Part shown: positions 50,508 through 58,370 of the stretch, piece after piece | Numbering within the stretch: the first letter of the stretch is position 1 | Layout of the letters: each line of letters begins with the position of its first letter | Notes under the pieces: model-generated | The model's database searches: none | What the model saw: the letters and a program-made list of their open reading frames with translations, nothing else | What the model was told of the DNA's origin: nothing | Source: a virus | Taxonomy: Duplodnaviria > Caudoviricetes | Direction: 5' to 3' (one strand) | DNA: 63,350 bases | IMG/VR virus record: IMGVR_UViG_3300020159_004055 | Coordinates: 1-63,350 of that record | Translations under genes and position numbers: made by a program

Positions 50508-52424
50508 ATGGCAGGAATTAATCATTTATACGACATTTACAACAAGAAGGGATCCGACTTTGTAAATCAACTTTTCAACCAGTTCGTAACCATCAATGAG
50601 AAAATGGACGGTTCAGCTTTTTCTTTCGAAAGAGACAAAGAAACTGGAAAATTCAAGTTCTTCAGAAGGGACCAAAGAAATCCTATAACTTTGGTTGATC
50701 GGACCTTAATGAAGTACTATGAGAAGCCAATCCAGTATATTGAATCGTTGCCACCAAACATACTTGAAAAAATACCGAGAGGATGGAGATTTGGTCTCGA
50801 ATATTTTGCTTCTAGACAGCCCGTAGAAATTACCTATGATAGACTACCCAAAAACAATTTAATCCTTTCTTACGTCCATAAAATGGGCGAAGGTGAGAAG
50901 ATTCAGACTACTATCCAAGATAAAGAGAAGCTTGATAATTGGGCGGATCTTTTGGGTGTTGAGAGACCACCGATTATTTTCCAAGGTTTGCTGGACGAAG
51001 ATCAAAAATCTAAATTGCTTGAATTTCTAAACACCCCTTTCAAGGAACTTGTAGAAAAATTTAAGACACAATCTTTCGTCAGATTCCTGATTTCTACACT
51101 TAACCCAGATCTAGAAAAGACAGCTCTTAATGACGACCTAGATAAAGACGTTGAAGGAATAGTTTTCAGATTTGGTGATCCGGATAAAGATAGTGAGACC
51201 ATCCTTGCAAAAATGGTAGATCCTATTTTCACTGAAATAGCAAAGGAAAAGTTTGCTGACAAGCAGGCCAAAAAGCCCAGCGATTTTCTCGGAATCACGA
51301 TTATGGATGTTATGAATTTCATCCTAGAAAAGGGCCTCGACGAGTTTGAGGTTGATGGTGAAAGCGACGATGAGAGATACATTTCATTCATGTCGGATGT
51401 TTATGTTAAATTCTTAGATGAATACTCGGACAAATATAAGGGCACTGACTTTGAAGAACCTGAGTATTTAAAAAGGGATGAATTCAGACTCAATCTCGAT
51501 AAGGTAAAAGACAGAAGAGTTAGAAAGTATGTAGAAAAGGATGAGGCATTCGAATCACTATATAAGCTTATCCTTAATTCATTTAGAAAAATCAAGACAA
51601 GATCTGGTGGAATAGTATCCTCTGGGATGAAGGACCAATTTAACCTCCTGATTCAGGATATTAAAGACTATATCAAAAAACCTAAGGCTAAGATAAATGA
51701 ATCGAATTTTGTTAGCTTCGGTGAATTTAGAAAGGAACTTTCTCCTCAGGTAGATTACATGCAGACAGAATCTGAAGATTCTGATAAATTGGAAGATCCT
51801 TTTTATTCTTTTGAAGAATTCATTACCAAATTAGAAACTATAGGAAACGAATCCTTGCCAAAAGACATAGAGTTGATTGAGGAGGAAACTGGTGATGATT
51901 CCAAGTCGGTAAATGTTATTATGGGTAGATTTCAACCATTTCACAATGGTCATTTACAAATGACCAAAGCAATGAAGGAAGAAAATGGACATCCCACTGT
52001 TTTATTGGTAGTTTATCCAGGTCACAATAAATCTGGCGAATCTCCATTTGACAGCGAAGCAATCAAAAGATACATGGATGCTGTCGTAAATAATAACGAA
52101 GAAATTGATTCCTACATTGTTATGAATCGTGGTCTACTCGGTTCTGGAATTGCCAAGCTAGTTGATAAGGGGTACAATCCAATTTTGATCGGATCAGGTC
52201 CAGACCGTTACGAGGATTACCAAAAGCAAATGGATTATATTAGAATGTCCGATATCAAAGACAGGATTAGTAAAGATATGAAGCTTTTTAAAACCGAAAG
52301 AACTACGAGCGGAACAAAAGCCAGAGAGTATTTGACACAGGGAGACTTTTCTAAATTCAAAAAGATCGTTCCGAAGGAGGTTGCTAATCTTTACAATGAC
52401 TTAGTTACCTTTGTCAAGGACTGA
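50508..52424 (+). CDS. Fusion of an RNA-ligase-like adenylation domain and an HxGH cytidylyltransferase-like domain
   Basis: NEKMDGS (motif I), EGIVFR (IV), AKMVD (V); C-terminal GRFQPFHNGH and TSGTKARE. Confidence 0.75.
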   Translation: MAGINHLYDIYNKKGSDFVNQLFNQFVTINEKMDGSAFSFERDKETGKFKFFRRDQRNPITLVDRTLMKYYEKPIQYIESLPPNILEKIPRGWRFGLEYFASRQPVEITYDRLPKNNLILSYVHKMGEGEKIQTTIQDKEKLDNWADLLGVERPPIIFQGLLDEDQKSKLLEFLNTPFKELVEKFKTQSFVRFLISTLNPDLEKTALNDDLDKDVEGIVFRFGDPDKDSETILAKMVDPIFTEIAKEKFADKQAKKPSDFLGITIMDVMNFILEKGLDEFEVDGESDDERYISFMSDVYVKFLDEYSDKYKGTDFEEPEYLKRDEFRLNLDKVKDRRVRKYVEKDEAFESLYKLILNSFRKIKTRSGGIVSSGMKDQFNLLIQDIKDYIKKPKAKINESNFVSFGEFRKELSPQVDYMQTESEDSDKLEDPFYSFEEFITKLETIGNESLPKDIELIEEETGDDSKSVNVIMGRFQPFHNGHLQMTKAMKEENGHPTVLLVVYPGHNKSGESPFDSEAIKRYMDAVVNNNEEIDSYIVMNRGLLGSGIAKLVDKGYNPILIGSGPDRYEDYQKQMDYIRMSDIKDRISKDMKLFKTERTTSGTKAREYLTQGDFSKFKKIVPKEVANLYNDLVTFVKD

Positions 52425-52430
52425 TATATA
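52423..52430 (+). promoter_or_regulatory. GATATATA putative late promoter
   Basis: Overlaps a stop codon; upstream of GTG 52449. Confidence 0.6.
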
Positions 52431-52448
52431 AGAAAATAACTACATAAA

Positions 52449-52988
52449 GTGAGTAAAAAGATTTACAGTTTTTCGGACTTCATCAACGAAACTAAAGTAA
52501 ACGAGGGAGACGGCTTTGGTACTTTGCCTTTCCTGTTGGTTAGGGACGGTGACATCTACAATTATCTCTTCCAACTGGATATGGAAAATGGGTCACAAAA
52601 AGGATTCTTACTTTCGATTGGAAAATATTCCCAATACGAAACTACAGAAGGACCTAAAAATTCTTACGCCGTTTTAAACGTGAACGAGATAGCTCCTGAA
52701 ATGATTGAAGATATCGCCATTAAAAAATCAGAAATTCCAGCTCTAAACGACGAGAAATTCAAGTTGAAGGACAATGATCTCAGCAGATTTTTAGAGCAGG
52801 TTTCAGACTCGGTTCAGAATTACTTAGAAAAAAATCCCAAGGTGATTAGGATTTTCGACGAAATGAGCGACAATTTAGATATACCGGATTATGAAGAGAT
52901 GGTTAAATCTGTTCTTCTGTCTTTCCTTGGCCCCGAATGGTCAATGCAAGAAGCTTCTCATGAGGGATCATTTATTTTCAGTAGATAA
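52449..52988 (+). CDS. Hypothetical protein, candidate internal head protein
   Basis: N-terminus MSKKIYSFSDFINETKVNE. Confidence 0.55.
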   Translation: MSKKIYSFSDFINETKVNEGDGFGTLPFLLVRDGDIYNYLFQLDMENGSQKGFLLSIGKYSQYETTEGPKNSYAVLNVNEIAPEMIEDIAIKKSEIPALNDEKFKLKDNDLSRFLEQVSDSVQNYLEKNPKVIRIFDEMSDNLDIPDYEEMVKSVLLSFLGPEWSMQEASHEGSFIFSR

Positions 52989-53045
52989 ATAAAAAAGTGA
53001 AACTTTTATTTCATTAAACACTATAACAAATAAATTCACATAATT

Positions 53046-53219
53046 ATGGAATCATTCGAACAAATCAAACAGATCATGTCGGGCGTAGAAGGTGACTTGG
53101 CTAAGTTCCTCGAAAAAGGTAACAAAACAGCTGGAACCCGCGTTCGCCAGGCTATGCAAGAAATCAAAAAACTTGCACAGCAGGTAAGAGTTGACGTTCA
53201 GGGAAAGAAAAATTCCTAA
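53046..53219 (+). CDS. Histone H1-like (Hc1 family) small protein, 57 aa, missing from the ORF track
   Basis: Manual translation MESFEQIKQIMSGVEGDLAKFLEKGNKTAGTRVRQAMQEIKKLAQQVRVDVQGKKNS; KGNKxAGTRxR motif. Confidence 0.85.
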   Translation: MESFEQIKQIMSGVEGDLAKFLEKGNKTAGTRVRQAMQEIKKLAQQVRVDVQGKKNS

Positions 53220-53241
53220 ACTAATAAACCCCTACTAGAAG

Positions 53242-53268
53242 AAGCAGCCTTTTTAGGCTGCTTTTTTT
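53242..53268 (+). terminator. Rho-independent terminator
   Basis: AAGCAGCCT-TTTT-AGGCTGCTT followed by a T run. Confidence 0.85.
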
Positions 53269-53295
53269 GTTTGCCCGGAATAAACTCCTGAGTGA

Positions 53296-53303
53296 GATAT
53301 ATA
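53296..53303 (+). promoter_or_regulatory. GATATATA putative late promoter
   Basis: Between the terminator and ATG 53323. Confidence 0.6.
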
Positions 53304-53322
53304 AGTAAGTAAAAACACAATT

Positions 53323-53529
53323 ATGGGATACTACGTAGCAAAAGTAAATTTTGAGTCCACAGAGACAAAAAGAAATGGTGATCCAGTTATCATCAAATCT
53401 GAATTTTTAGTAGCCGCTGAATCTGTTCTGGAAGTAGAAACAAAGGTAGCAGAATTTCTAAGCGGTACTACTGGATTTTTCGAAACAACACAAATTTCGA
53501 AATCCAAAATAGAAGCAGTAATCGACTAA
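53323..53529 (+). CDS. DUF4494-like small protein
   Basis: YYVAKVNF...NG...KSEFLVAAESVLEVETKV resembles the Bacteroidota DUF4494 N-terminal region. Confidence 0.6.
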   Translation: MGYYVAKVNFESTETKRNGDPVIIKSEFLVAAESVLEVETKVAEFLSGTTGFFETTQISKSKIEAVID

Positions 53530-54542
53530 TGGCCGAGACTGGAAGTTACATACCACCACAATCACCAATTGCTATCCAACCCGGAGACAAAGGATTTGAA
53601 ATCGTTGGAAAGGGTTACAATAGATGGCTATGGACGTTTCCTGATTGGAAGAAGGGCAAAAAGAAGATCATCGACCCCAATGCAAATTGGGGTTTAAATG
53701 CTAAACCAATGTCCCAAAGCGAGATCAAGAAAAAAATGAAGGGTCTTTATTTACAAGAGGATTCTCATGAGAAAATCGAGGGTGGAATATCTTCTGGTAA
53801 GGATCTTAGGGAAATAGCAATCCTACACACTTATGACGATTCAAAAGATCACGTAGATAGGGATGCAATAGAAAAGATGCTTAGTCATTTAAAAAAACAA
53901 TTGTCCATGGGAATCCAAGTAGAATTGGAACACACGGATGACCCATCGATGGCGGCTGAGATCGCAAAGGACCACCTTACTGAGGACCCAGATTACTACA
54001 CCAAATTAAAAAAAATTGAGGAGGGCATGAAACATGTCGTTAATTACGAATCTTTCTTAAATGAGAGTAAAATTCTTGAAGTTGAAGCTACGGCAGCAAC
54101 CCCTATAGAAGATGCAAAAACATTCCCAGTAGAGATTTCACCAACAAAAACCAAAATATCTGTAGTGAAGACTCAAAAACAAGTAGGGGTAGATTCTAAA
54201 ACGGGTAAACCTAAATTTAAGGTGTATAACGGTGCTATAAGATTGGCATATCCAGGTAAAAAACATATGGATTACAAAATTGAAACACAATCTACAGTTT
54301 ATGATGGTCCCGTAGTACCAGCTAATTTTTTTAAAAGTAAAAAAGGTGACTATTATGTAATGATGACTAATGCGGATCAAACACAGAGAATAGAAACTGA
54401 AGATATTAATAAAGTTATTGCTGGATACAAAGATGGTAAGACTTGGATGTCGATTCCGGTTTATAAGGATGTTTTAGGAATCTCTGCTAAAGTTGCCGAT
54501 TTAATATTTAAGAAAACGTCGGATTTCTCAAACATAAAATAA
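53529..54542 (+). CDS. Multi-module protein with a DUF5661-like domain, possible polyprotein
   Basis: MGIQVELEHTDD...EIAKDHLTEDPDYYTKLKKIE, then internal MKHVVNYESFLNE. Confidence 0.6.
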   Translation: MAETGSYIPPQSPIAIQPGDKGFEIVGKGYNRWLWTFPDWKKGKKKIIDPNANWGLNAKPMSQSEIKKKMKGLYLQEDSHEKIEGGISSGKDLREIAILHTYDDSKDHVDRDAIEKMLSHLKKQLSMGIQVELEHTDDPSMAAEIAKDHLTEDPDYYTKLKKIEEGMKHVVNYESFLNESKILEVEATAATPIEDAKTFPVEISPTKTKISVVKTQKQVGVDSKTGKPKFKVYNGAIRLAYPGKKHMDYKIETQSTVYDGPVVPANFFKSKKGDYYVMMTNADQTQRIETEDINKVIAGYKDGKTWMSIPVYKDVLGISAKVADLIFKKTSDFSNIK

Positions 54543-54551
54543 TTTAAACCT

Positions 54552-54986
54552 ATGCCTTCAGTAAGCAAAGCACAGCAAGCAATTATGGGCCAGGCCTGGG
54601 CTCTTAGACAAGGTGACCTTAAGCAAAAGGATATAAATCCTATGTGGAAGGATGAAATTAAAAAGATTGCTTTTGGTTACAAAGACAAAGATGGTAAGTT
54701 TGTACCTCCTATGACAGACAAGGAACTTAGAAAATACGCCACAACCAAATCGAAAAATTTACCTGAAAGGGTTGAAGATGGAAAGCCGATAAACGAGGAG
54801 AATGCTACTCTTGGTGTGGTAGATTCTGCTGAAATGCCAAGTTTTACTCCAAAGCAAACATTCGGAAAAAACATTAAGCCAATCGTACCTTTTCTAAATC
54901 CGGATTCTAAAAAGAAAAAAGCAGGTAAAGGTAATCTTGAAAATCTCAAAGATTATAGGGATTGGATCAAAGAGAACAAAAAATGA
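54552..54986 (+). CDS. DUF3008-like basic protein
   Basis: MPSVSKAQQAIMG...MTDKELRKYATTKSKNLPERV. Confidence 0.55.
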   Translation: MPSVSKAQQAIMGQAWALRQGDLKQKDINPMWKDEIKKIAFGYKDKDGKFVPPMTDKELRKYATTKSKNLPERVEDGKPINEENATLGVVDSAEMPSFTPKQTFGKNIKPIVPFLNPDSKKKKAGKGNLENLKDYRDWIKENKK

Positions 54987-55393
54987 AAACTATCCTCGAG
55001 TTCGAAGACTATGACCCGCGATCCGAGTATATCGAGGATGAAAGGAGAGAGCTGGATCTAGATTGGATTAGAGGCACTAAGGAATATAGACAAATACTGG
55101 ATCTGGGGTTCGAAGACATCACGTCGGACCAGCAGGAACTCAACAACACTCTCAAACTACAAAGAAAAAAACAGCCAGATATCGAAGGATATTCTAAGGT
55201 TTTCTATACTATCCACCCAACCGGAACAGTTAGGAGATATAACCCGGTAGATTCTGATGAGATCCCACAAGGTCAAGGCAATACAATCAGAACTTATCCA
55301 AGACCATTCAGAGACTCTAGAGAATATAGGAAAGCACTTAGATATTTGTTTAACTACCTCAGAAGAAAAGAACTTAAAAAAGATTATAGATAA
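54983..55393 (+). CDS. Hypothetical protein
   Basis: Likely start ATG 54983 (ATGA overlap); MKTILEFEDY N-terminus. Confidence 0.55.
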   Translation: MKTILEFEDYDPRSEYIEDERRELDLDWIRGTKEYRQILDLGFEDITSDQQELNNTLKLQRKKQPDIEGYSKVFYTIHPTGTVRRYNPVDSDEIPQGQGNTIRTYPRPFRDSREYRKALRYLFNYLRRKELKKDYR

Positions 55394-55400
55394 ATAGATT

Positions 55401-55646
55401 ATGGGATGCGGATGTACAAAAGAATTTGGGGGTAATCAACCAACGGGAACCCAAAGGATTTCAAGCAAGGGAGAAAGCTATGTTGATTTGACCGGGAAAA
55501 TGGTTGAAGACAAAAATGGTAACCAGCTATTAGTTTTAGACCCAATATTCGATGCATACAAGGATGTGATCGGATATACTGTTAAAACCCTAGATCAAAG
55601 AACTCTTAGGATCTTTGCTAAAGATATACAAAAAGTATTAGACTAA
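55401..55646 (+). CDS. Hypothetical protein
   Basis: 81 aa beginning MGCGC. Confidence 0.55.
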   Translation: MGCGCTKEFGGNQPTGTQRISSKGESYVDLTGKMVEDKNGNQLLVLDPIFDAYKDVIGYTVKTLDQRTLRIFAKDIQKVLD

Positions 55647-55648
55647 AA

Positions 55649-56107
55649 ATGAAAAGTTTATTTTACCCAACAGGAGACACAACCCAAGGCAGAACATTAA
55701 TTTGTATGTGTTGCGAGGAGGATATGCCCGTTATGGAGGAGCAAGATTCCCCCAATTCCATCGAGAAAGATATCAAGAGTTGGCTTGATGATAATGGATT
55801 TGTCGTTGAAATGTGGCAGATGGAAGAGAAAATGGCAAGCTGCGGTGCAAAGGGATATCAAATGACTGAAATGGAGGGAGGTTTTTCAAGTTTAGACGCA
55901 ACTGCAGGAATGGGAAATGTTATTGCACCCCAGGGACCTGGAACTAATGCAAACTTCTACAACGATGCTTACCAAGGTTCAGGCGATAAATTCACAACAT
56001 TAACTGTAGGAACTCCTGCTGCCAAGAGTAAGAAGAAAAAAAGTGACAAAAGAGTTAAGGTTTTTTCTGATTTCATTAAGATGATGAAAGCTTCACAATC
56101 TAAATAA
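55649..56107 (+). CDS. Hypothetical protein
   Basis: 152 aa; C-terminal RVKVFSDFIKMM. Confidence 0.55.
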   Translation: MKSLFYPTGDTTQGRTLICMCCEEDMPVMEEQDSPNSIEKDIKSWLDDNGFVVEMWQMEEKMASCGAKGYQMTEMEGGFSSLDATAGMGNVIAPQGPGTNANFYNDAYQGSGDKFTTLTVGTPAAKSKKKKSDKRVKVFSDFIKMMKASQSK

Positions 56108-56128
56108 CCTACTCATAAAATTTATACT

Positions 56129-56157
56129 AAAAACCAGGCCCTCAAGCCTGGTTTTTT
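56129..56157 (+). terminator. Rho-independent terminator (possibly bidirectional)
   Basis: AAAAACCAGGC-CCTCAA-GCCTGGTTTTT. Confidence 0.85.
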
Positions 56158-56172
56158 GTTTGTTATCGAAAT

Positions 56173-56216
56173 GACAAAATGTCGTTTGTTATCCTTATCC
56201 GATAGGACAAAATGTC
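56173..56216. promoter_or_regulatory. Two identical dyad boxes GACA-AAA-TGTC, putative activator/operator sites
   Basis: GACAAAATGTC at 56173-56183 and 56206-56216, 33 bp apart. Confidence 0.65.
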
Positions 56217-56238
56217 TTATTTTCATCAATTTTTCGAA

Positions 56239-56255
56239 TTGGTATATTTCTTGCT
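56239..56255 (+). promoter_or_regulatory. Sigma54-type -24/-12 promoter
   Basis: TTGGTATATTTCTTGCT: GG (56241-2), N10, GC (56253-4). Confidence 0.6.
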
Positions 56256-56281
56256 TACTAATAATTAAAAAAAACAAAACT

Positions 56282-56638
56282 ATGGAAACACACAAAATTT
56301 ATCACCCTCTCGAAATGATGGAAAGACTTCTGCAAAACACAACACCTATAGTGCAAAGTAGAAAGTATTTCGTGGATGAAAAGGAAGATTCTTTTATCTT
56401 AGAAATGCCAGTTCCTGGATTTGAACAAGATGCAATAAATTTAGAAGTGGACAATGATATGCTTGTAATTTCAGGGAAAGATTCGGATTCATATTGGACG
56501 GAGGATTTTACTAAGAAATTTAAGTTACCCAACACGGTAGATCAAAATGGAATCAAGGCTAAAATATCGGACGGGATATTGAAAATCAATCTTTCCAAGA
56601 AGAAAGAATCACTTCCCAAAAAGATTAAAATCTCTTAA
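56282..56638 (+). CDS. Small heat shock protein (Hsp20/alpha-crystallin)
   Basis: FILEMPVPGF, LVISG, FTKKFKLPNTVD..GIKAKISDGILKINL; likely start ATG 56282. Confidence 0.92.
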   Translation: METHKIYHPLEMMERLLQNTTPIVQSRKYFVDEKEDSFILEMPVPGFEQDAINLEVDNDMLVISGKDSDSYWTEDFTKKFKLPNTVDQNGIKAKISDGILKINLSKKKESLPKKIKIS

Positions 56639-56669
56639 ATACGAAATTTTATCCTAGATTTGTAATAAG

Positions 56670-56701
56670 AAAGCTCGATCACCAAAAGATTGAGCTTTTT
56701 T
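56670..56701 (+). terminator. Rho-independent terminator after hsp20
   Basis: AAAGCTCGATC-ACCAAAA-GATTGAGCTTT (one G-U pair) plus T run. Confidence 0.7.
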
Positions 56702-56704
56702 ATT

Positions 56705-56917
56705 ATGTCAAGAGAAAGAGAAATGTTAGACACCTGGGCAAAAGAGTTTGCCTCGGATATCTTAAAGAAAGAAGAAGATCCAGACTTCGAATCCGTTTTG
56801 GATAGAACACTTATCGTTAGGAAGCTTTCGGTAGTTATGGAAATGTCCTATGCAGAGACTGCAAGTGCTTTGGATAGTAAAATAAATGAATATAAGAGAA
56901 AACTAAGGTTCTCATAA
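56705..56917 (+). CDS. Hypothetical protein
   Basis: Likely start ATG 56705; TAATG coupling to the next gene. Confidence 0.5.
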   Translation: MSREREMLDTWAKEFASDILKKEEDPDFESVLDRTLIVRKLSVVMEMSYAETASALDSKINEYKRKLRFS

Positions 56918-57306
56918 TGGAAAGACTGATTCAGGAAGATTTTACAGACAGCCCATGGAAAATGACCGTGATCTGTATTCTTCTGAATCAGACTACCAAC
57001 CAACAGGTAAGAAAAGTTCTTCCAGAACTTTTCGAACTCATTCCAGATTGTACTATTGCATCGAACGCTCAGGAGAATCAGATCTATGATGTCATAAAAT
57101 CTACCGGCTTTGGCAACGTCAAAGCTAGAAGAATAATTCAAATGAGCAAAAAATGGACCTCTGGGTTTTCTAAACCCGGAGAGCTTCCGGGGGTTGGTAA
57201 ATACGCCTTGGAATCTTGGAGTATTTTTGTTGACGGTAAAACTAACTTTATTCCTTCCGACAAGAAGCTAAAACTTTATCTAGAGACTCATTATCACCTT
57301 GATTAG
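56917..57306 (+). CDS. MBD4-like HhH-GPD DNA glycosylase
   Basis: LIQE...PWKMTVICILLNQT, ELPGVGKYALESWSIF, PSDKKLKLY parallel the MBD4 glycosylase domain. Confidence 0.8.
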   Translation: MERLIQEDFTDSPWKMTVICILLNQTTNQQVRKVLPELFELIPDCTIASNAQENQIYDVIKSTGFGNVKARRIIQMSKKWTSGFSKPGELPGVGKYALESWSIFVDGKTNFIPSDKKLKLYLETHYHLD

Positions 57307-57975
57307 ATCTGGGTGTGGATAGCAACTGAGCTTATCAATTCTTACATTAGAATGTGACCATAACCCAGGAGAACCAGAAAGGGCTTGCTCGTTCATTTCA
57401 AAAGGTGCGGAATTTCCTGACTTGGATATCTGTTTCTGCAATCCTTTTTTTAAATTAATATCAAATTCTTTCCCCAGGTCTATAAGCAACTCGTACAAGG
57501 AATCCAATTGTTTTGGAGTGTAGGAATGAAAATACTTACTTCCTCTAAAATCGGATTCTAGAATGGTTACGTCTTGCTTCCTTATCTTTATGTTGGTGGA
57601 TGTGTAAAACTCTCCTCCGGATGTTTTAATCAGTTCTCCGTAATTGCATAGTTCTATTCCTATGCTTTTTTGGTTTAGGAAGGTGTTGTTTTTGGCCTTG
57701 ATAAAAAGATGGTGTGACCACATCTGAGGGTCGAAAGCTTTGTAAATCTGCCCGTCGAATTCATCAGATTCCGATATTTCGTGGTTTGATCCACCTATTA
57801 CAAAAGCAGATCCGGACCTAATTTTATTTGTTGATTCTATCCTGTCTCTCCCCCAAGAGTTTATAACCCAATCGGGCCTGAAGAATCCGCTAGTATGACG
57901 TATGAAAATGGAGTCCTTAGGAATTGACTCTTGATAATATGATCCTTCCGAAAGAGGATGCTCGACACATTCCAA
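57280..57975 (-). CDS. N-acetylmuramoyl-L-alanine amidase (Amidase_2) family protein
   Basis: IFIRHTSG, WSHHL, NQKSIGIELCNYG, YTPKQLDSL, GLWSHSNVR.DK. Confidence 0.75.
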   Translation of the reverse strand: MECVEHPLSEGSYYQESIPKDSIFIRHTSGFFRPDWVINSWGRDRIESTNKIRSGSAFVIGGSNHEISESDEFDGQIYKAFDPQMWSHHLFIKAKNNTFLNQKSIGIELCNYGELIKTSGGEFYTSTNIKIRKQDVTILESDFRGSKYFHSYTPKQLDSLYELLIDLGKEFDINLKKGLQKQISKSGNSAPFEMNEQALSGSPGLWSHSNVRIDKLSCYPHPDLIKVIMSL

Positions 57976-57991
57976 TTTAGTTTAATAATTT

Positions 57992-58315
57992 TTATTTTTC
58001 AGAAGTCTTTGCCTTGGATGAAAGCTCTTCGTGAATTCTTTTCTTAAGGTATTTAACTACTTTTTCCGGTGCGTCTCTATTCTCTATCATTTTTACAAAT
58101 TCCTCCTCTTCTTGGAGGGTGTCTAGATAGTTGTATAGATCTGTTGTTTGAAACATCGTGTCAACAACTTGGGGCATTTGTGTGTATGCTGGTCTGAAGT
58201 TCCTAGAGTTAACATTGTCCTTGTACCACTCACCAGGAACGACCACTGAACCTGGGGACTCAGAAATATAATATTCATTCAGGAAATTCTCGAAACTTTT
58301 GATGTTACCTTTCAT
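57992..58315 (-). CDS. Hypothetical protein, candidate internal head protein
   Basis: Likely start ATG at 58315: MKGNIKSFENFLNE. Confidence 0.55.
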   Translation of the reverse strand: MKGNIKSFENFLNEYYISESPGSVVVPGEWYKDNVNSRNFRPAYTQMPQVVDTMFQTTDLYNYLDTLQEEEEFVKMIENRDAPEKVVKYLKKRIHEELSSKAKTSEK

Positions 58316-58323
58316 AAGTAAGC

Positions 58324-58331
58324 TATATATC
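58324..58331 (-). promoter_or_regulatory. GATATATA putative late promoter (minus strand)
   Basis: TATATATC on the + strand, oriented toward the two minus-strand genes. Confidence 0.6.
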
Positions 58332-58370
58332 ATTAGGATTTAGCTTGTCTCTGAATCAAAAAGAAATTAC

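Noticed and set aside
15554-55396. GATAAATA at 15554, 35489, 52984 and 55389 as further promoter copies
   Set aside because: They overlap stop or start codons or lie within a few nt of ATG, so they are plausible by chance in AT-rich junctions.
56156-56281. Upstream-extended starts given by the track (also 40032, 40684, 35710, 49132, 54962, 58333)
   Set aside because: The extensions run through terminators, promoter motifs or upstream genes; downstream starts with A-rich leaders or coupling fit better.
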